DNA of 64,000 nucleotides. It comes from Setoptus koraiensis (lineage: Eukaryota > Animalia > Arthropoda). The position numbers were made by a program, and so were the translations under genes. Numbering within the stretch: position 1 is the first letter of the stretch; each line of letters starts with the position of its first letter. Positions 59,798-64,000 of this stretch are shown in pieces. The notes beneath the pieces are model-generated. The model saw only the letters and a program-made list of their open reading frames with translations. It was not told the DNA's origin and searched no databases. The DNA lies in NCBI GenBank assembly GCA_048013815.1, contig CM106586.1:1860001-1924000 (forward strand), in the 5' to 3' direction.

Positions 59798-62358
59798 CCG
59801 ACTCAAGTCCAGGTCGTGCCACTAAAGAATTTTCCTCAGTCATGCCGATCGCTTCTCTCTAACAGAACAACTCACTGCAACTTGTTAGCTTGTTGAATTC
59901 TTATACAAAAGTGCTCACTGCTTAACCGCCACTAGTGAACAGACGAATGCGGCAAGTGCATTTGTTTCAATCAAATAATACCTGTAAGTGGATATTAAAC
60001 TGCACATATACTTACAATATCGGGTGGGTGGCTAGTAGTGCAAACTGTAGCCAGTTTTAGAGGCTATAATTGAGCAGGCAAATTTTTGGCGAGGCGCCAC
60101 CTGTTGGCCAAGTGGTGGCAATGATGATTGTGATGAGCTAGAACAAACAAATAAACAAATAGACAGAGAGAAAGTGAGAAAGTGAGCGGCGACAAGAGTC
60201 GGTTCTATATGGTTTTCTATCACGACAATCTCATTTAGTTTCAGGTTTTAGACGACCAACACCAACAGAGATTTTCAGCAACAGACAAACACACAAATGC
60301 CAAACAACAACAGGTGACTGTTGCCAGCATGCAGATGTATATGCTAAAAGAGCTAAAGTTTTTCAGTATTTTCACTTTCACAAGACTCACTAATCTATTG
60401 AATGGCATCCAGACAAAAAACAAAATTCGTGTTTTCTGTCGTGTAGTTGCCACTGCCAACATTCGTTCCTTTCACAATGTGTGACTGTTGTATTTTGCAA
60501 AACTCTGCTCGCCAATCGCTACTCCTCTTATGCCATATTCAATTGGCTAACCTTGCCTGACACCTACCATCGCATTTCCTAAACTCATTCCAATTTACAA
60601 TGTCCATTTAATTCAAAAAACTTTTTATTCAATTCAATTCAACTTCCACTTGACATTTATCTAACAAGTCGCGCTTGGTTAGCTACCCTAACTAGTTAGC
60701 TAACTGAGCCACTAACTAGTCCGCTAACTAGCTGGCCAACATCAAATGAAACTATCCTCTATTGCATCGTGTGTGTATTGTTGCGTCAGTGAAATCCTTT
60801 GCAATTTTTTCCTTTTTTTTATTGCCATCGGTTAGCCAGTTATTTCTCTTTGGGCACACAAGCTTTTGTAAAACAATCTGTGTAAGACTCGCACAAACAC
60901 TGCTCGATGCCTCAGTCACTAGCTTCATCCATCTAAATCTTATTTCATCATCATCGTCATCATCATGAACAGATGATCTTTTACAGTTACAGCAAACAAA
61001 CTGTGCATGTATATTTTCGTATGACGTCTACTAATATATCGTGACAAAAGTAACTCTCTTTACAAGTACAAATAGACAGATGTGAACAATTTCTGTCGGA
61101 GATTAAACACACACACACACTGAGAGGGAGGAGTCTCTGGTAAGCTCGACTCGCTAGTCTAGCCAGAGCTTATATGACAGACCAACTGGAAGAGGTTCAA
61201 TCAAGGCAAACCAGATGCTCTTTCTCTCGCTCTCTCATTCATTCGAAAGAACCGCATGCTATCGTTGCAAACCACCAACGCTGAACAAGTTGACGTTCTT
61301 ACGCCCAATTTAGACGATCAAACAAAGAATGTTAATAGCTCTTTGCTCTGATGCTGTTCCCAACAGAAACAAACTGTGTGAGTTCTGTTGAATCATCGGC
61401 TATATCAATCAACGGCATCCTCCAACTATCCGTTTCCTGCCCACTCAATTCAAGAAAAGTATTAAAATGAAAAGAACACACAAAAATAAACTTACTTTTA
61501 TCTCTAACTGCTGCACTCTCACTGGTCATGAGTGGGTCAAAAGCGTGGTTGCACTTGATTAAATTCGACAAGCCAACCTATTCGACCGTTTACTATTTAA
61601 TTAATACCCTTTGTAAAAGTTTGTGCCCCCTTCCTCAGTAAATACCAGTGTAACGGTATGTCATCAATCGAGGCCATTCAAAGGAACTAACAGCGGACCT
61701 CTCATTGCGTCATGGGCAGTCGCTGTATTATTCAAATCTCTTATATCTGGCCAAACAGATAGTAAACCAAAACAGAGTGGCCACTGAGTGTGACATTTTA
61801 TTTTGTAAAGAACATTTTAGTTGATTGTTCATTTATCATTCGCTTATGAGATCTGTACCAGGCGGGACAAATAAACTTTGTGAATGTCAACTTTCTTGTT
61901 GGCTCAACAATAACAAGTGCTCATTTCAATGTACAGTGTGACCAATACAAGTTGGAATTGGTTGACTTTGTTTATTTTAAACGGAACCACCTACTTGAGT
62001 TTATGGTAATCTCATAACAGTGTTTAAGTATAAGTATATGAGTAGATGGTCATTTAATTAGTAGTAACTGCGTACATTGGTCCATAGGTTTGTGTATATG
62101 TGTAACAAAAAAGTATCCTGATGACAGTTATTGTGACTCGTGTGTGTAACGGCGTCAACTAAAGTAGACTGACTGTGAAATGTTGTGTTCTTCTGTTAAC
62201 ACAGTGAGATGATCTATAGTATAGTAGGTAAACATTGTAAGTCAAATCAACATTAACACTAATAATAACATGATGACATCAGCCACTAAAATGTGTGTCG
62301 TAAGTATGGTGCAATTGTGTAAGCAAACAAAAAATTATTATCACGCGCAACTAATCAG

Positions 62359-63211
62359 TTAAGTTCCGGGCGATACCTTTTGGATAGGAATATGACGAGC
62401 CTTGTCCCTTAGTGAAAGAGGAAGGGGCGCCTCGACGGTCAAAACTCCGTCGCGAGACAATGTAGATCGGATGAGTTCCGGATTGACACCCTCGGGCAAT
62501 AGAAATTCTCTGTTGTATTCTCTGTATACACTACGACTATCTGACTTTTCCTCGTGCCTTGCGTGTACCTGAATAATGTTCAATTTTGTTCAATAATCAA
62601 TATTAGATTATAAAGATACATTATTATTACATGTATAGTAATGGGAACAACAGAACCAATTATAACACAATGAGTGTAACTGTGCTCACCTGTAATTTGT
62701 TGTCCACTGTCTTGACAATGATCTCTTCTGGCTCGTATTGCGTGACGTCAAACTTTAGTTTAAGCACTTTTCCGTCGCCGTCTGATTGCGTCTTGATTAG
62801 TGGCGAATCAAAGTCATCCATCCAGGAGGTCATATCGGCGATACCCTGTCTAGAGCCGGGCCGTTGTTGGTGCGGCTGTTGACGCTGTTGTTGGTGACGA
62901 TCAGACGACAATGGAGACAGGGGACGCGCTTGAAGACCGCCAATAGGCGACCCACCCAAACCGGTACGACTGTTCGACGACTGCTGTTGTCTACTGCTAG
63001 TGTAGGAGGAAGACGATGAGGAGGAGGTTGATTTCGAAACAGTTGTATCTTTTTCTTTTTCTTGCATGCGCATTCTAAATCTATTCATATCTTCTTCCAT
63101 TTTTTTCATTTCCTCATCGAAACGCTCTCTAATGCTCTTGAATTCCTTGTCAATAAAGGACTCCTCTGTCCTTGAAATATGTACCTTCCTCTCTGGAGGT
63201 GTTGATGCCAT
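62359..63211 (-). CDS. Small heat-shock protein (alpha-crystallin/HSP20, HSPB-like); exons 63211-62690 and 62568-62359
   Basis: FKSIRERFDEEMKKMEEDMNRF; LKLKFDVTQYEPEEIIVKTVDNKLQ|VHARHEEKSDSRSVYREYNREFLLPEGVNPELIRSTLSRDGVLTVEAPLP. GTGAGC...TTCAG intron in phase 0. Confidence 0.95.
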
Positions 63212-64000
63212 TGTTTCTGTCCGTTTGATTATTTGTTTGCCTGTGATCAAGATGTTTTTTCCAAAAGATTTATTGCAAATTAGTTAACGATCAAAGCACA
63301 CACAAGTTGATGACGAAGAGAAGAAGGCTAATTAATTTGCCGCCTGTATGCTTGATCGTCCCTCTATTGGATATAACTGTGAATACTTGTGTGTGTGTGT
63401 GTGTGTGTGTCAACGTAATTGTGTAGGCGTTTTTAACAACTTTCACTAATGAACTCGATATGTGGGTTAGTAAAAATTCTTTTCTTTTTATATTTTCAGT
63501 TGCAACCTTTGATGATTGAGTGTTAGCTCAATTCGAGTCGATTTTCGAATGGCCGCTGGTCGTTTGTACGAATCGACAATTGAAAATTTGTCCAACAAAT
63601 AAGCCCCAGACCGTTGAGCTCAATCCACTGAAGATATTTAGCACGTTCGCACTGGATAATTTTTAATAAATTCTCAAGCGATGCAAAACAATGTCGGCGC
63701 TGTGTAGCCCAAAAATAGTAGTTTGAATGCAGTACGTGTAAGTGTGTCTGTGTGTGTGTGTTCGTTGCTAAGACCCCTAAACGATTCACTGTGAATTGAT
63801 GAGGCTGCTCGAATGTGGGAAGTGCAGCCAGTTTGCGTAGGCAGTTTCGCTCAAAATGCACCACCAATATAGCAGTACGTGGCAAGCGTGTTGTTGTTGT
63901 TGTTGTCGAATGTTTACGTAATGAATTTATCTTTAGCCTCTTTCTCTTTTGAACGCGCTAGTTATTTTTGTTGCGCATTTCAATTCCTAGTTAGCTATTA

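Overview
Eukaryotic DNA from an arthropod with a compact, intron-poor genome. The gene set and style are mite-like; this is an inference, not a database match. Layout: (1) the 3' part of a triple-CUB-domain gene (2-1933). (2) A ~11 kb mobile-DNA island (about 2.08-13.2 kb). It holds a Tc1/mariner-type transposase 3' remnant and three related 0.86-0.95 kb non-autonomous TIR elements that share a body but each carry their own self-matching terminal sequence. It also holds a divergent pair of orphan ORFs cut by those elements, a truncated Ty3/gypsy element with integrase and an envelope-like fusion protein in one open frame, two tandem arrays, a 500-N gap and a decayed UBE3B-like HECT fragment. 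(3) A Beat-like two-Ig gene (minus strand, 13.8-16.9 kb). (4) About 29 kb of gene-poor, microsatellite-rich DNA with only orphan exon candidates. (5) A dense housekeeping cluster: EMC5/MMgT overlapping RPC40, a SIAH-type RING fused to the C-terminal half of CNOT11, and puromycin-sensitive aminopeptidase. (6) A large low-complexity multi-exon gene and a small heat-shock protein. The most unusual signals are the TIR family with copy-specific co-varying ends around a conserved GC hairpin core, the orphan divergent gene pair it interrupts, the integrase-env fusion and the RING-CNOT11 chimera. All alignments were done by eye and no searches were run.
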